64,000 bases of DNA from the human T2T-CHM13v2.0 reference genome, Homo sapiens: NCBI RefSeq assembly GCF_009914755.1, contig NC_060929.1, one strand, 5' to 3'. A program made the position numbers and the translations under genes. Each line of letters starts with the position of its first letter. Position 1 is the first letter of the stretch. Positions 1-17,079 of this stretch are shown here, one piece after another. The notes under the pieces were generated by a model. The model was not told where the DNA came from. It worked only from the letters and a program-made list of their open reading frames with translations, and searched no databases.

Positions 1-99
1 TAAACCAATCAGTGGTTCATCTCAAGTTGATGAGGAAATGCTTCTCATCATGGGAGAATGCCAGCTAAGAAATATAAAGGATGACAGAATTTAAAAACA

Positions 100-1480
<1,381 letters not shown>

Positions 1481-1492
1481 AAGAGAGCTGTT

Positions 1493-2048
<556 letters not shown>

Positions 2049-2369
2049 TCAAACGTCATGCCTGCAAATTATTTTCAAATAGTTCAGTCGTATCTGTCTT
2101 CTATCTGTCTATCTATCTATCATCTATCTACTTACCCATCTAGTGTATTGCAAAATATTCACAATTATAATGGATCTACAGATTTGCATGTATTATTTGT
2201 CCAATTCTTGATATTAAAATTTTTTATAACAAAAACTAGGGAAAAAAATTAATACCAGATGCCACTCCAGACTAAATAAATCAGGATGTACTGGGGACAG
2301 GACCTAAGCTGCAGCACTTTTAAAAAGATCTCCAGATGCGTTTTTTAAAAAAAAACAAAAACAAAAACG

Positions 2370-2625
2370 TAAAATGACCATTTTATTTGGCTCCTGGATT
2401 CTGTTGGTCGGGAATTGAGACAGGGCAAATAGGTGATGATTTGTCTTTGTTCCACGATGTCTGGGGCCTCAGTTGGGGTGTGGTGGTGCCTGGGGTCTGG
2501 GGTCATCTTGGATGTATCTTCACACACATGTCTGGCAGTTGAGCCTGGCTGCTGGCTGGAACCTTAGCTGGGCTGGTGGCCAGAACACCTCCCTGTGGCC
2601 TCTGCATGAGGTCTCCCTGCAGAGC
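2370..2625 (-). mobile_element. MLT1-type MaLR LTR fragment amid MER5A-like pieces
   Basis: gtctggggcctcagttgggg..acacatgtctggcagttg..ccttagctggg motif; flanks resemble MER5A. Confidence 0.6.
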
Positions 2626-2685
2626 CTCCTGGTGATTTTAATGTGAAGTCAGAATTTTCCCAAACTTGAGCAATCGTTAGAATTA

Positions 2686-3076
<391 letters not shown>

Positions 3077-3391
3077 CTAAGAGAAAGGGAAGTTTGAAAA
3101 GCGTTGACCTAGGGTGTCAGCCCCGCAGTTCTTTTAAGGTTCCAGATTTGTCCAGACATCATGTACCAACTACCATAGAAAATGGGAAATGTCACATAAT
3201 GCTGTTCTATTTCTGAAACTTTGTCCCAGACTATTCCTTTGATTTCTAGTTTATCTTGCTGCCTACAGCTTTGTCTTTTCCTTTGCTATGAATATGATTC
3301 TCCGAAGGTTATTTATGTGGGTCTTGCTGCTCTAGTTAAAACACTTGTCTCACTTGACTATGCCTTTGGAACTTCCTTAGGCAAGACATGA

Positions 3392-3751
<360 letters not shown>

Positions 3752-4321
3752 TAAAATGGGAGAGAGAAAAAGAAGCTAGGTCATATCAATTCTTGAATGC
3801 CAAGCTGGGGAGTTTGACCTTAAGTCAATATGCAGTAGTAATCCAGAGAGGATTGATCGTGAATTCAGAAGGATCAGGGATGTACATTCAGAAAGGTAAT
3901 CAGGAGAAGTGAAAGCCTAGAGGCAGGGAGAACAGACTAGGGCCTAGGAGAAAAGTTATGGAGCATTTACCAAGATGGCGCCAATCTCAATATTAAGGAG
4001 AAGATGGATCTGGGACACGTTGTTTAAACATCCCTTACAGACCGGACCGTCATCACTTTCCTTGGCATCATGTTGGTTTATAAAATAAAATGAATCAACA
4101 TTTTAAGAAGAAAGATGACACTGCTGATTTCTAAGCTCCACTCTGACTGGGTTCTGGGCTTGTTAATGTGTATTTGAGGTGATCAAATGATATGAGACTT
4201 TTCTGCTTGCATTGTTTCCTTTTTAGCCAACAGGACTCAAGCTAAGCTAAGCTTTGGATCTGTGGACATTTTCCTCAGTAGTGTGATTCCCCAGCCAACT
4301 GAGCCTCCTATCATAACCTAA

Positions 4322-4723
<402 letters not shown>

Positions 4724-4828
4724 TGGGTGTTTATTTATGTATTTGTTGTAAAGTTCTACCTACATTTAATGGAGGTATAGTTTCTGCTGGTTATTTAGAA
4801 ATAAGGAGCAACTTCTAGATGAATCCAG

Positions 4829-5065
4829 GACAGGTCATCAAGTTACAGCCCACAGCTGAATAAGGCCAATGCCTGCTTTTGTAAAAAAAAAAAAAAAAAA
4901 AGCTTTATTAGATATAGCTGTGCTCATTCTCATTCTCATGTATGGTCTATAGCTGCTTTCAAACTGCAAAGGCAGAGTGGAGTTGTTGCAATGAAGGCTG
5001 TACAGCCTGCAAAGCCAGAAATGTTTACTATCTTGTCCTTTATGGAAAACATTTGCTGATCTCTG
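4829..5065. mobile_element. MER58A (hAT-Charlie)
   Basis: atggtctatagctgctttc..gcctgcaaagccagaaatgtttactatct..tttgctgatctctg. Confidence 0.75.
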
Positions 5066-5314
5066 ACTAGGAGACTGGCTTTCTCATCAACTGATGGTGT
5101 GGTCTCCTGCATGTTGATGATGCTGAAGGACAATGAGAAGATTGAAAACTTCTTTATCCATTTTCTTTTACGTCTTGGAAGTCCAGTTGGGAGAGACTTG
5201 GAAATTTAAATTCTCCTTTTTGTGTGTTTTCTTTGAAGTTCTTAGTCTTCTTTTAAGGGAACGGTTACTAGATTTTTATATTTGGCAGAACTACAGTCAG
5301 GTCTCCTGTGATTT

Positions 5315-5560
5315 GTGGTGCAGCAGTTAAATCCATGGGCTCTGGAGCCAGATTGCTCATATTCACATCTTCACAACTCCGCTTACTCCCCGTATAATCT
5401 TGGGCAAGTTATTTGACTGGTCTGTGCTTCAGCCCCAACTGTACTAGTAGAACCTGCTGTCTATGGTTCTTGGATTAAATGAATTAATGCATGAAATGAG
5501 CAGGACAGTAAGCAGCTGGTGTACAGTCAATATTCTGTAAACATTAGCTCTTATTAGTAT
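5315..5560 (+). mobile_element. MIR
   Basis: ggctctggagccaga..cttgggcaagttattt..ggattaaatga core. Confidence 0.75.
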
Positions 5561-5719
5561 TGATTTGATATAGGGTCATCTACAGTCAACATTCTTAGAT
5601 GAAAGTGCTAGCATTCCTCTTGTCAATGATGACTTATGCTTTTGGCGGGAGGAAAGAATCTGTTGTGTGTTGTCTGAAATCAGAGAGCCCTGAAATCAGA
5701 CAACAGATTTCACGTCTTC

Positions 5720-6050
5720 CAAGTGTTTCTTAAAGTGTCCTTTCTGGACTAGCAGAATCAGCATTCCCTGGGAACTTGTTAGAAATGTAAATCATCAGGT
5801 CCCGTCCAAGAGTTACTGAATCAGGGACTCTAGGGATAGGAAGTAGCAGGTGATGTGCCAGTAAAGATTTAACAACCAGCTCTCCAGAAAACACAAACCC
5901 TCAAGTTGCTGATTCCAGTGGTTTAAATTCTTACACTATGACTGATTGTAAGATATGAACCTGCTGTTATTGACTGCGGAGTTGGGAAGAGGTGTGCACA
6001 AGAAGCTCTCCTGAGCTGAGAGGAGGAGCTGGCTCCAGCACACCGCTGGC
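5720..6050. mobile_element. MER5A fragment followed by a MER63-like hAT element
   Basis: cagcattccctgggaacttgttagaaatg (MER5A); gtgccagtaaagatttaacaaccagctctcc...gctggctccagcacaccgctg (MER63-like termini). Confidence 0.65.
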
Positions 6051-6632
6051 CCAGCCATCTGTGCTTCAATAAGCATTGAGCCTGTGGATCCCCAAAGAGC
6101 ATGCTCACCTCGAGTCCTGAGAAGAGAGCACAGCAGAACCTGGACTTTGGCACTAGAATTTCTGGGTGCAAATTCAACTCCACCACTTCCTGACCTTGAG
6201 CAAATGCCTGACATATAGTTAAGCATAACTGCACATTGGTTGTTATTATTATTGCTCCAAATGCATGTTTGCCACAGCCAACCAACACCTTCTCAAATAC
6301 TAGGAGGGGCTCTAAGACCTTTACTGCTCCCCGGGGCCCCTAGGGAAGTGCGTGAGGCTGCATTTTGCAGTCAGATCTGTGTACTACCCCAGGGGCTTTG
6401 GTGTGTTGTATATTGTGCTTCACGGTGAGTATGTATAGTGGAAAATGGTTTTTACTCTCTCATTTTGTATGTCAATAGTAAAAATAGGCAACATCAACAG
6501 GGAGATTTACAGAGTCTTATTCTCAGGCTGGGTTGGGGTCCAGGATGTAGGCAGGGTGGAGGCTCATTTTTGCACTTTAGTAGCAGAAACTACTTAACTA
6601 CTTTGTTTAAGAGGGGTGAGGGCATCTAACAA

Positions 6633-6933
<301 letters not shown>

Positions 6934-7278
6934 AACAAATTCTTATAATTCCAATTTCCACCACAATAAAACAGCTAGACTGTGTGTGTCAGGGTGCCTC
7001 GCGGACAGAGAGGCCAGGATGGTCAACATGAAATCTAATGAGGCTCCTTAAACCCTGCTGAGCTTCTCACCCAATGGCCACACTCACACCCACAGTTCTG
7101 ATCTCACCAGCGTCTATGCTGGTCTTCCCTCCTGTGTCTCCTTCATTGTTGATTACCAACCCAGCAGCCACTCCTCCTCCTTCCTTGTGAACACAGCCCT
7201 GATTTTGTTCAGACACCATGAGAAAATGTGCTCAGGGAAGGTTTACCCTCATCCAGCTGCGGGAGTGGGCTCTGATTC

Positions 7279-7809
7279 CAGCACTGTCTGACAGACCTTC
7301 CTGGATAATGGAAACGGTCTAGGGCTGCACTGTCCATTATGGAGACCACTGGCCCCACGTGGTTACTGAGCACCTGAAATGTGGCTCAAGTGACTGGGCA
7401 ACTGAATTTAATTTAATTTAATTTAATTATTTTTATTTTGTTTCGAGCTGGAGCCTCGCTCTGTCACCCAGGCTGGAGTACAGTGGCGCTATCTTGGCTC
7501 ACTGCAACCTCTGTCTTCTGGGTTCAGGCGATTCTCCTGCCTCAGCCTCCTGAGTAGCTGCGATTACTGGCATGCACCACCAGACCTGGCTGATTTTTGT
7601 ATTTTTAGTAGAGACGGAGTTTCACCAAGTTGGCTAGGCTGGTTTCAAACGCCTGACCTCAGGGGATCCACCCACCTCAGCCTCCAAAAGTGCCAGGATT
7701 ACAGGCGTGAGCCACCACGCCCGGCCTAAATTTTAAATTTTATTTAATTTTAATTTAAATCTAAATTGCTTTATGTGGTTATTAGGAGCTACCACGGGAG
7801 ATAGCACAG
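7279..7809. mobile_element. MER3 split by an Alu (Alu 7405-7726, minus strand)
   Basis: cagcactgtc..ataatggaaac..cacgtggttactgagcacctgaaatgtggct..aactgaattt [Alu] ttttaatttaaat..gctacca..gcacag. Confidence 0.8.
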
Positions 7810-8099
7810 AGGCTCCAAACCATGATGATTTCACTCTCCTTTGCCAGGTATTGCCTCAGACATCACTGTGTGGCCCAGTCCTGACCTGTAGGCTCTGAGA
7901 AAGGCATGAGGTCTGGGAAGGAGTTTTCTCCCTGCTAAAGGAGAGAGATGCCCAAGAGAGGCCTGTGTCATTCTTATCCCTTGCCTTGTCCCCTCCAGCA
8001 CTTTCCTTCCTGTCCTGCATACTGTCGTGTGGTGTGAAAGCCTGCTGCTTTGGGAACGATCTTGTGACAATGAGGGGATGATAAAAATAAATAAAGATG

Positions 8100-8360
8100 A
8101 CAAGAACTAACACTCATAGTGCTTAATACATGCCAGTCTCTCCTTAAGCAGTTTATAGATATTAACTAATTTAATTCTAACAGCAACTCTGGAAGGACAA
8201 CTACTGTTCTCTCCAATTGACAGAGGAGGGAGCCGAGGCTCAGCGAAGTTCAGTAATTTGTGGGAAGTTTCACAGACAAGAAGCACCAAAGCTGGGATTT
8301 GAACTCAGGGAGACCCATGGCAGAGGCTGTACTCCTCACTGTTGTGACATACTGCCTTTC
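8100..8360 (-). mobile_element. MIR within MLT1-like fragments
   Basis: gacagaggagggagccgaggctcagcgaagtt..gctgggatttgaactcagg. Confidence 0.7.
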
Positions 8361-9471
8361 TAGAACCAGAATTCCAGAGAAGCTGTGTAACCCTGGAGCC
8401 ATAAATCCCTAGACTTCCTGCTGCATGAGATAAACACACATGGTTATGTTTGAAGTCACTATCAGCTGGATCTCCTGTGAGTTGCAGCCTCAGACATCCT
8501 GAGTGATACCAGTGTCTTTGAATGTGTCTCCTTCAACCTGGGTACCCGACTACAGGAGTCCACTGAATCATTCCTCTATCAGGGGCTGATTCACTGCAGA
8601 CGTGGGTTAGGAAACCATCCCAACGTCAAAGAGAAACAATCCATCTAAGGCAGGGGAACGCTGACGTGGTAACACCCAGTGCTGACACCCACAGGAGGAT
8701 CCCATCTAGGCCCCACCCCAGAGCTCACAGCAAAGCTCAGCCCATTAGCATCTGCCCGTTATCTCTGATTCTGAAAAATAAAGTCTGTCCAAAAGCATTG
8801 TGAGAATGAGAAGTTCAAAGTCACAGGGAAGCTTGAAAGCCATCTCTAGAAGCCTGTGGCACATACCTGTAATGTTTCAGCCCTCATTATTCATTATGTT
8901 CTCATTGCGTAGTCAGCGTCTGGGTTTCCCCAGTGCCCCAAATTCTCTCTTTGGTGACTAAGAATTTAGGATGACTCGCCATTGGATTTCACCAAGTAGG
9001 GTGTTCATCTTTCCAGGCTTATGAAAATTTGGAAACATATAAATGCTTAATCCTTTCAATCAGATGCAAACATGGGTTCAATGGAATAACGCTGAGGACC
9101 ACCTGTCCAAGGTGGTGTGACACACTTTATATTGGGGACACAGCAGGCTCTCATTAGAGGGCAGTTGCAGGAATTGCCCATAACCGTCCTTCTTCCTTCC
9201 TTGCGCCAGGGTGGCCCTTTCTTTCTCCCAGCTTCCCACTGCCCTTCTCCCTCCCCGACCCTGGCGTTCTCTTCTTACCACATCCCAGGATTAAGTAGGG
9301 CCTAGGCTGCAATGGCACGATGAATGGGGTCATCTAAGAGGAAGGAAGAACAAATCTACATGGCAGAGGGTCCCAGGGCCCACCTCTCACCACAGTCTTC
9401 ATTTGCCCCTTCACTCACTCAACAAAGAAATATTGAGCACCTACTGTGTACAGCACTGGAGAGAGAAGTAG

Positions 9472-9803
<332 letters not shown>

Positions 9804-10831
9804 TGAGTATCACTCTGGGGTTTTATTTCTTAATCTTATTTCAGTATTTGCTATATTCAAAGAGCCAGCATTATCTTTAGATCAAAGCTAGGAGACAAAT
9901 AAGTTAGGCATCATTGTCCCATTTTTCATGGGAGAACATGAAGACTGATGTCAAGCAACTTTTTCATGGGATGTGAGTAACGGGTAGACTCAAGCCTCAA
10001 ACTCACATCTTCTGACTCATTTATTTTCCGCTGACATGTCTCACCCCAGAGGCTGGCCTGGGCAGGACCAACCACTGCAGGTGTTCACACTGCTCTGAAG
10101 TGGATTCTCCAAAGTTCTTTTCACCCAAGCCCCCTCATTGTGGGGAGAGGAGGGGTTCACTGCCAGCCCCCTGCATGATCCCGCTGGTTAGTCTTTGAAG
10201 TAAAAAGCCTTGAGATCAAAGGAAATATTTTGTTGAACTCAGCTATTCGTCCTTGATCTGCTAAAAACCTTAATTTAATTAGCAATATAAACTTTGTAAA
10301 GACTTCACTTTCTCAACTTGGTTCAACTTATACCTTTCTTTTATTTGGAAGTGAATAAGGAAAAAATAAGGAAGAAACAAGAAAGAAAAAGTATCTAAAA
10401 TATCTCACATAAGACATGGACTATGCAATACTTCTGTCTCATGAGTATTTTTCAGTGGTATTGACCTAAATGTTTATACTGATCCTCCAATGAGTAATAA
10501 GTTATAGTGGGAAATATTTTGGACAGAATTGTCTAGTTGTGCTCCAAAAAGGCAAACTTCCCAGATTCCTTGATGTTTGAAATCATAGCATTTTAAGAAG
10601 GAGGGTACTAGCATTATGACATATTTCTTAAGTCAGATGCTTTATATATGTTTAAAGAATTCAATTCTTACAGGAATCTGTGACATAGGTATTCTTTATC
10701 GTTTTCAAAAGAAAGCAAGCAACAGTCTCATGGTTGCACTGTTTAGAAGCATGGAGCAAAGATTTCAATCCACACTGGCAGACGCCAAGCCCTACTCTGT
10801 GTTAATAGTTCACTGTGCTTGTAGAGCTGCC

Positions 10832-10972
10832 TTTATTTATTATTATTATTATTTTTTAAGATGGGATCTTGCTATGTTGCCCAGGCTGGTCTTGAACTCC
10901 TTGGCTCAAGCCATTCTCCCATCTCAACTTCCTGAGTAGCTGAGACTACAGGTGAGTGCCACTGCACCCGGC
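10832..10972 (-). mobile_element. FLAM / Alu monomer
   Basis: Single monomer; TSD gagctgccttta. Confidence 0.85.
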
Positions 10973-11215
10973 TGGAGCTGCCTTTAGAACTTCAAAAATC
11001 ATCTGGCCTACTTTTTTCCCTTATGTCAGGGCAGAAGAAAATGAGGCCCCAGAACTTAAAGTACCTGTCCATTCCTGATGGAACAGAGAACAAACTCAGG
11101 CCACTAAGTCTCCAGACAGTGGTCTTTTCCCGTGCACTTTTGTAGATGGTCAAGGAAGAGAAGGTTTGTCCTAGGTGGATGCAGACTACTTCCAGGGTCC
11201 TTGAAAAAACTCATA

Positions 11216-11280
11216 TTAGGTTGGTGCAAAGTAATTACCTTATGTAATTACTAATGTGGGTGTGTGTGTGTGTGTGTGTG
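11216..11280. repeat. MADE1 (mariner MITE) single TIR remnant plus (TG)n
   Basis: ttaggttggtgcaaagtaatt resembles the Hsmar1/MADE1 TIR; TG run at 11255-11280. Confidence 0.65.
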
Positions 11281-11695
11281 AGAAAGCTGTGCATCCGCCT
11301 GTGTGTCTGCATTCATTTCAGACAAACATCTGCCCTAAGCATTTGTTTTAAGGAGGATTCCACGTGGAAGTCGGGAAGCCGCTGGCCAAGATTTCAGGCC
11401 CTGATCAATGTCATGCCAAACCTATGTTTGCTGTTATGTAGACGTGGTCAGTATTTTGGGGCAGTCATTTGAGTTCATTGAATCCCGCAATGGGAGGTTT
11501 CAAATGACTCTGGTTATAAATGACATGGCTAGATGGGGAGCTAAAATCGGCTGCCACTGCCTGCATTTTCTCCTTTCACTTTTCACCTGCTAACAGAAAA
11601 CAGAAGACCCTGGCAAGTGACTGTATGATTGTTAATACTCATGATATAAATTCACTTTTTCTCCACTGGTCCTTGTGCTTCAAAAAAGAAAGAAA

Positions 11696-11925
11696 GGCCA
11701 GGCGCAGTGGCTCATACCTCTAATCCCAATGCTTTGGCAGGCCGAGGTGGGAGGATTGCTTGAATCTAGGGGTTAGAGGTTAAAGTGAGCTGTGATTGCA
11801 CCACTGCACTCCAGCTTGGGCCACAGAGCAAGACCCTGTCTCATTAAAAAAAAAAAAAAAAAAAAAGGAAATAAAAGAAAAAAGAAAGGAAAAAAAAGAA
11901 CGGAAAAGAAAGGAAAGGAGGAAGA
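11696..11925 (+). mobile_element. FLAM monomer with long A/G-rich tail
   Basis: Monomeric Alu followed by poly-A and AAAG repeats. Confidence 0.85.
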
Positions 11926-12499
11926 AAGTCACGCTATACTTGAGAAATTCTCAACAGATAAACCAATGTCTCCTCCCACCTCAAGAACAGGCCAGTTCTG
12001 ACTTCCTCTAGAATTATCTCCATTGATTCACCCTAAGATCTCCCATGATGCACTTTTCTTTAAACAATCTGAAATGTAAACTTCCATGGCTTGTCTGGAG
12101 TTTTCAGAAATCAAATGTTATTTCCACCACCCCTCCCCCGTCTCCCACCACTCCTGCCACCACCAGCATTTCTTTAGCTGGGAAATTTTTAAGCTTCTTA
12201 CTGGAAGTTGCTGCCATGTGGTTAAAATCCCCAACAAGTAAAATGTGAGCTTGGCATCAATAATCAGTTTTGTTTTACAGTCACATTCATAATAGTAAGT
12301 TGCAATGAGACAGACTCCTTTTTAACTAGGCTTCTAGTGATTTCCCTGAAATCTAATTGAAATTTTGAATCTAGGAAGAATTTCATAAAACCAATTGTAT
12401 GTAATTTGTACTGAGAACTGTTTTAACTTGAGTTCCAAAGTAAGAGGAAATATGGAGGAACATGCTCCAAATCTTGTGCAACACATTTTAACTTATTCT

Positions 12500-12800
<301 letters not shown>

Positions 12801-14244
12801 TAGCCCTTTTCTTTTCTTTTCTCTTTTCTTCTTTTATTTTTGTCTTCCCTTCCTTTCTTTCCCCTCTTTCCCTCCCTCTCTCCTTTCTTCCTTTCCTTCC
12901 TTCCTTCATCATCCACTGAATATGGTGGCCAAAATGAGTTGACAATTGTCGAATGTTGCGGCAAGGTGAGGGGTGTACAGGTCATCATTGTTCTTTTCTC
13001 TATATTTTTGCATGTTTGAAACTTTCCATAATAAAAAAGGAAAAATGGATCAGTGGCCAAGAGAAATGATCCTCGCTTGAGTATTGGGCTGTTCTTAGCT
13101 TGAAAGAACCATTGCAGAAAACTCAACAGAAGCAGAAATTACATACAGTTCAAACTCATTTTCCTAGGAGGCTTTTTTTTTTTTTTAAGAAGTATTTTGC
13201 TGGAACCTAAAAACCACACTCCCAAACTGTTTCAACATGATCCCTGCTGGCAGGAGTCAGAGATGGCTGGTGTACAAGACGGTTGAGAAAGCCCATGACA
13301 TACAGTTAGTGGCTGGTTGAGATAGTTTCCAAATATAAATAAACGGTTGGAGGACTAGAAAAATAGGCAGAAAGCAGTGATTCTGACATTAGTCACATGG
13401 CTGCCATACATGACCTACTTTACCTGAGAACCAAAAATATAGTTTTAGGTTCTTCCACGTTACAGTTCCTACATGTCTTGCTGCTTGTGGGGAACTCCTT
13501 GCCTGGCTTCTTCAAATAAGCAGAATGTACAACCATGCTTAGAGCAGGCTGCTCTCTATTTCAGATTTTCCAGGGGAAAAGAGGAATGTACATTAGGCAG
13601 ATTATTTTACCTCCCTAGTCATGCCAGGGTAAGCTTCCTAGACCAACTAATTCTCCTTCAAGGTCTGGCAGCTCCCAGCTCCCAGCTGCCAGGGGGCCAG
13701 GCAGAGCTCCTTCCTCCTCCACTATCTGTGGCCCCAAAGATTCCCCTTCCACCAGGGCCGGCGACCAACTGACCACAGGCTGAGTGCTCCAGGCCCTGGC
13801 AGCTCAGAGGACGGGGAAACAGCAGCACACTTGCGGCCCCCTGGAGTCTGTCCCATCTGCCCTACCATCCTGTCATCTCCAAGGATCACCCAAGCTCTGG
13901 CCAGGCTGGTAATCTGTCTCCTTTGCATGCCCTTGCTCCCTGCTGCTCTGTGGGGCTTTCCCATGGACTCCTGACTCCTCTTTTACTCTCATGGCAACCC
14001 TTTCCATTGGGCTGTCTGGGATTCCTGTTCTTCAGTGGATACTTCCTTCTGTGTCCTCAGTCTCAGAGAATGCGCACCCTAGCTGAAGTTCTGCTCTCTC
14101 CAGAGTATCCCGGCTTCCCCCTTTTCACATTTCATCTACTGGGTTGGGGACCCATTTACGCCAATACTCCATGATCACTTGCAATCTATGACTCTTCCTC
14201 CTTTTGGAAAATACCCCTGCTCTGTAGAGTCCTTGATATTTAAG

Positions 14245-14545
14245 ATGTGTGTGTGTGTATGTGTGTGTGTGCACGTGTGCGTGCACGTGTGCTCGTGTGT
14301 GTGCGCATATATAGCGTTAAGTGCTCCGGCTTCAATATCCAATGATGTGGGTTCTAATTTCGGTTTTGTACTCACTAGTCTGTGAGACTTTGGTCAAGTT
14401 ACTTTTTTGAAGGCTTGTTAACTCTTCTATAAAATGTGGACGGCAGTACTTCTATAGCATGGGGTTGTTGTGAGGATTACATGAGAAGATCCATATGAAG
14501 TGTCTAGCACATTTCTGGTGTAACTCAGTCGACGTTAACTATGAT
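14245..14545 (+). repeat. (TG)n-rich tract followed by MIR
   Basis: TG repeat with two CACGTG; then ttggtcaagttac..ctataaaatg..gttgttgtgaggatta. Confidence 0.75.
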
Positions 14546-16337
14546 CACATTTGGGCTGCTCACTTGCCTTTTCAAATCCCCCACCATTTGAAAAATGTCA
14601 GTGTTCTTTGGCACCACACAACCTGCTCCTGACAGTTCCCAGCTTCCTTAACTCTGGGGCATGCATTTCTACCACAGGCCTGCCCCACTTTCTGGCAACA
14701 ACCTCCTAATCTATCTGCTCCTTCTCCCTGCCTGGGTCACCTCCTTCCTGTCTACCATGTCCTTGTCTCCCCGTAGCACTAGCCTAGGACCCTCCAACCT
14801 CAGCCAGATAGTCTACTTTCACTGAGACCTACACAGTTTGTGGTGTGTACCTGACTCATCTTGTGTGACTGTCATGTTTATTCTGTGGTTATATTTTTCA
14901 TAATTCTTCCATTATAAGGATCCATATGGGGCTGAACCACTTCCTATACCCCACCCGCATTCCCACAAGCTGGATCGCATGTGAAGAATCTGATAATCTC
15001 TCTCTCATCTGGAGATTTGGTCTTAGTTCAGTAATGCCCCTGATCCAGGGAGTTAGTTGTCTAGGACACAGACTTGGCAGGGAGGTGAGGTGGCACTTTT
15101 CAGTGGCCATGACTCTGTAGCTGGGAAGCAAGGAAGCCACAGGGTGGTCTTGATCATGTGAACCAAGCCCGTGAGCTTGGAGGAGGGGTGGCACAGGGCC
15201 TGTGAGCGGTGGACACGCTCAGCCATGTTTCTGTGCTTCTGAGTTTTAGGCTTGTTAAATTTTCTTGATGTTCTTTGATTTCCCTTTCTCCTTTCTTTAG
15301 TAGCTTTGGAAATTCCAGTCTGTTTCACTTCTGCTGAAACACAGCAAGGATAAGGGAATTTTCCCTGGTGTGGCTCCATCTTTAAGATGACACTTAACTT
15401 TGGGAGGCAGAATGCCAGGGGCAGAGGGAGTCCGACCGAGGGCTCTCTATGGTGATCCCCCACCTGTGGCACACAGAGGATGCCCAAGTCAGCGAGCTGA
15501 GACCTTCCTGTCCCAGGGACGTGTAGAGCCAGGGAATTTGGGGGAGAAGATTTGGCTTGGCTTGTGCCTTATCTTTCCCATCATTCTGAGAGGTGAAGTG
15601 GCTCTTTCTCAGAATGGAATGGAGAGGAAGGAAGATTCTTGTGGTTACTGGAGAATTAGAACATGACAAGGTACTCGCTCCATTTTGTTTGAGATTTTAT
15701 GAATTCTCAAAATATCAGAGGCATTTCTATCAAAAAAAAGAGAAAGGTCCCCAAAAGGCAACTCTTGAGTGACCACCATTTTGGAGGATTTATTCATTCT
15801 TGTCTTGTAGGTGGGTAATAAAGAATAAAATATAATTGTATAATACTTTAAAAAGACTATACAGGCAGTTGGGAGTCCGTCCACCAGGCTCTGCTCACTC
15901 GCTGAAAGGCAACGTGATTTACTATAAGATGCTTAACTTTGCTGTATATTTCCTGAGGTTTAAAATAAGATCTGTACTTATCTTTTCCTTTAAACTGACA
16001 TGAATAAGGGAACATTTATGTCAAATAATTTGAGCAACTCAAAGGAGCAAAGTGCTTTAAAAATGCCAACTGGACTGTGAAGTTTTTAGGTATTTGAGGA
16101 GATCTACAAAATGGACTGGAAAAAATGGGCATGTCTCCAGAAATCACCAACAGCTGTGCGTTTAAAGATAACTAAAAATAATATTTCATATTGAGAAATT
16201 GGAATATCGGGGTTGAGTAGACCGGAAAATAGGGAAGAAAAGGAGAAGACACAGAAAAAAAAAGCCTTAAAACTTCGTGCTTCAGCAGTTGAACCTCTCT
16301 TGATTATCATTCCCAGAATTCCATTCTACTTTTTCCA

Positions 16338-16634
16338 TTTTTTTTTTTTTTTTGAGATGGAGTTTTGCTCTGTTGTGCAGGCTGGAGTGCAGTGGCACGA
16401 TCTTGGCTCACTGCCACCTCCGTCTCCTGGGTTCAAGTGATTCTCCTGTCTCAGGCTCTGAGTAGCTGGGATTACAGGCGCCCGCCACCACACCCAGCTA
16501 ATTTCTGTATTTTTAGTAGAGACGGGGTTTTGCCATGTTGCCCAGGCTGGTCTCGAACTCCTGACCTCAGGTGATCCACCCACCTTGGCCTTCCAAAGTG
16601 CTGGGATTACAGGCGTGAACCTCCGTGCCCGGCC
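16338..16634 (-). mobile_element. AluS
   Basis: Alu consensus; TSD ctactttttcca. Confidence 0.95.
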
Positions 16635-16654
16635 TACTTTTTCCAGATTTGGTC

Positions 16655-17079
16655 ATGAGTTTCCTAGGGCTGCCATAATGAAGGACTACAAACTGGGTGA
16701 CCTAAAACAAGAGATCTATTTTCTCCAATTCTGGAGAACAGGAGTCTGAAATCAAGGTGTGGGCAGGCCTGGTTTCTTCCGGAGCTCCTTCCATCTCTCC
16801 CAGCTGCTAACAGTCCTTGGTGTTCCTTGGCTAGTGGACGCATCACCCCCCTCTCTCCCTCTGTCGTCCCACCGCGTTCTGTCTCTGCATCTCAGTGTTC
16901 AAATCTCCTCTCCTTATAAAGACAGCAGTCACATTGGATGAGCGCCACCTAGTGGCCGAAGTTTAACTTGAGGACAACTGCAAAGACCCTCCTTCCAATA
17001 ATGTCACATTGGCATGTAAAGAGGGGTTAGGACTTCAACATATTTTTTCGGAGAAGACATACAATTCAACCCAAAACAC
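16655..17079 (-). mobile_element. MLT1 (B/C-type) solo LTR
   Basis: ttcctagggctgccataa..gtctgaaatcaaggtgt..ggggttaggacttcaacata..aattcaaccc. Confidence 0.85.

Noticed and set aside
11216-11252. Possible MADE1-derived (miR-548-like) hairpin
   Set aside because: Only one TIR is present, so no long stem can form.
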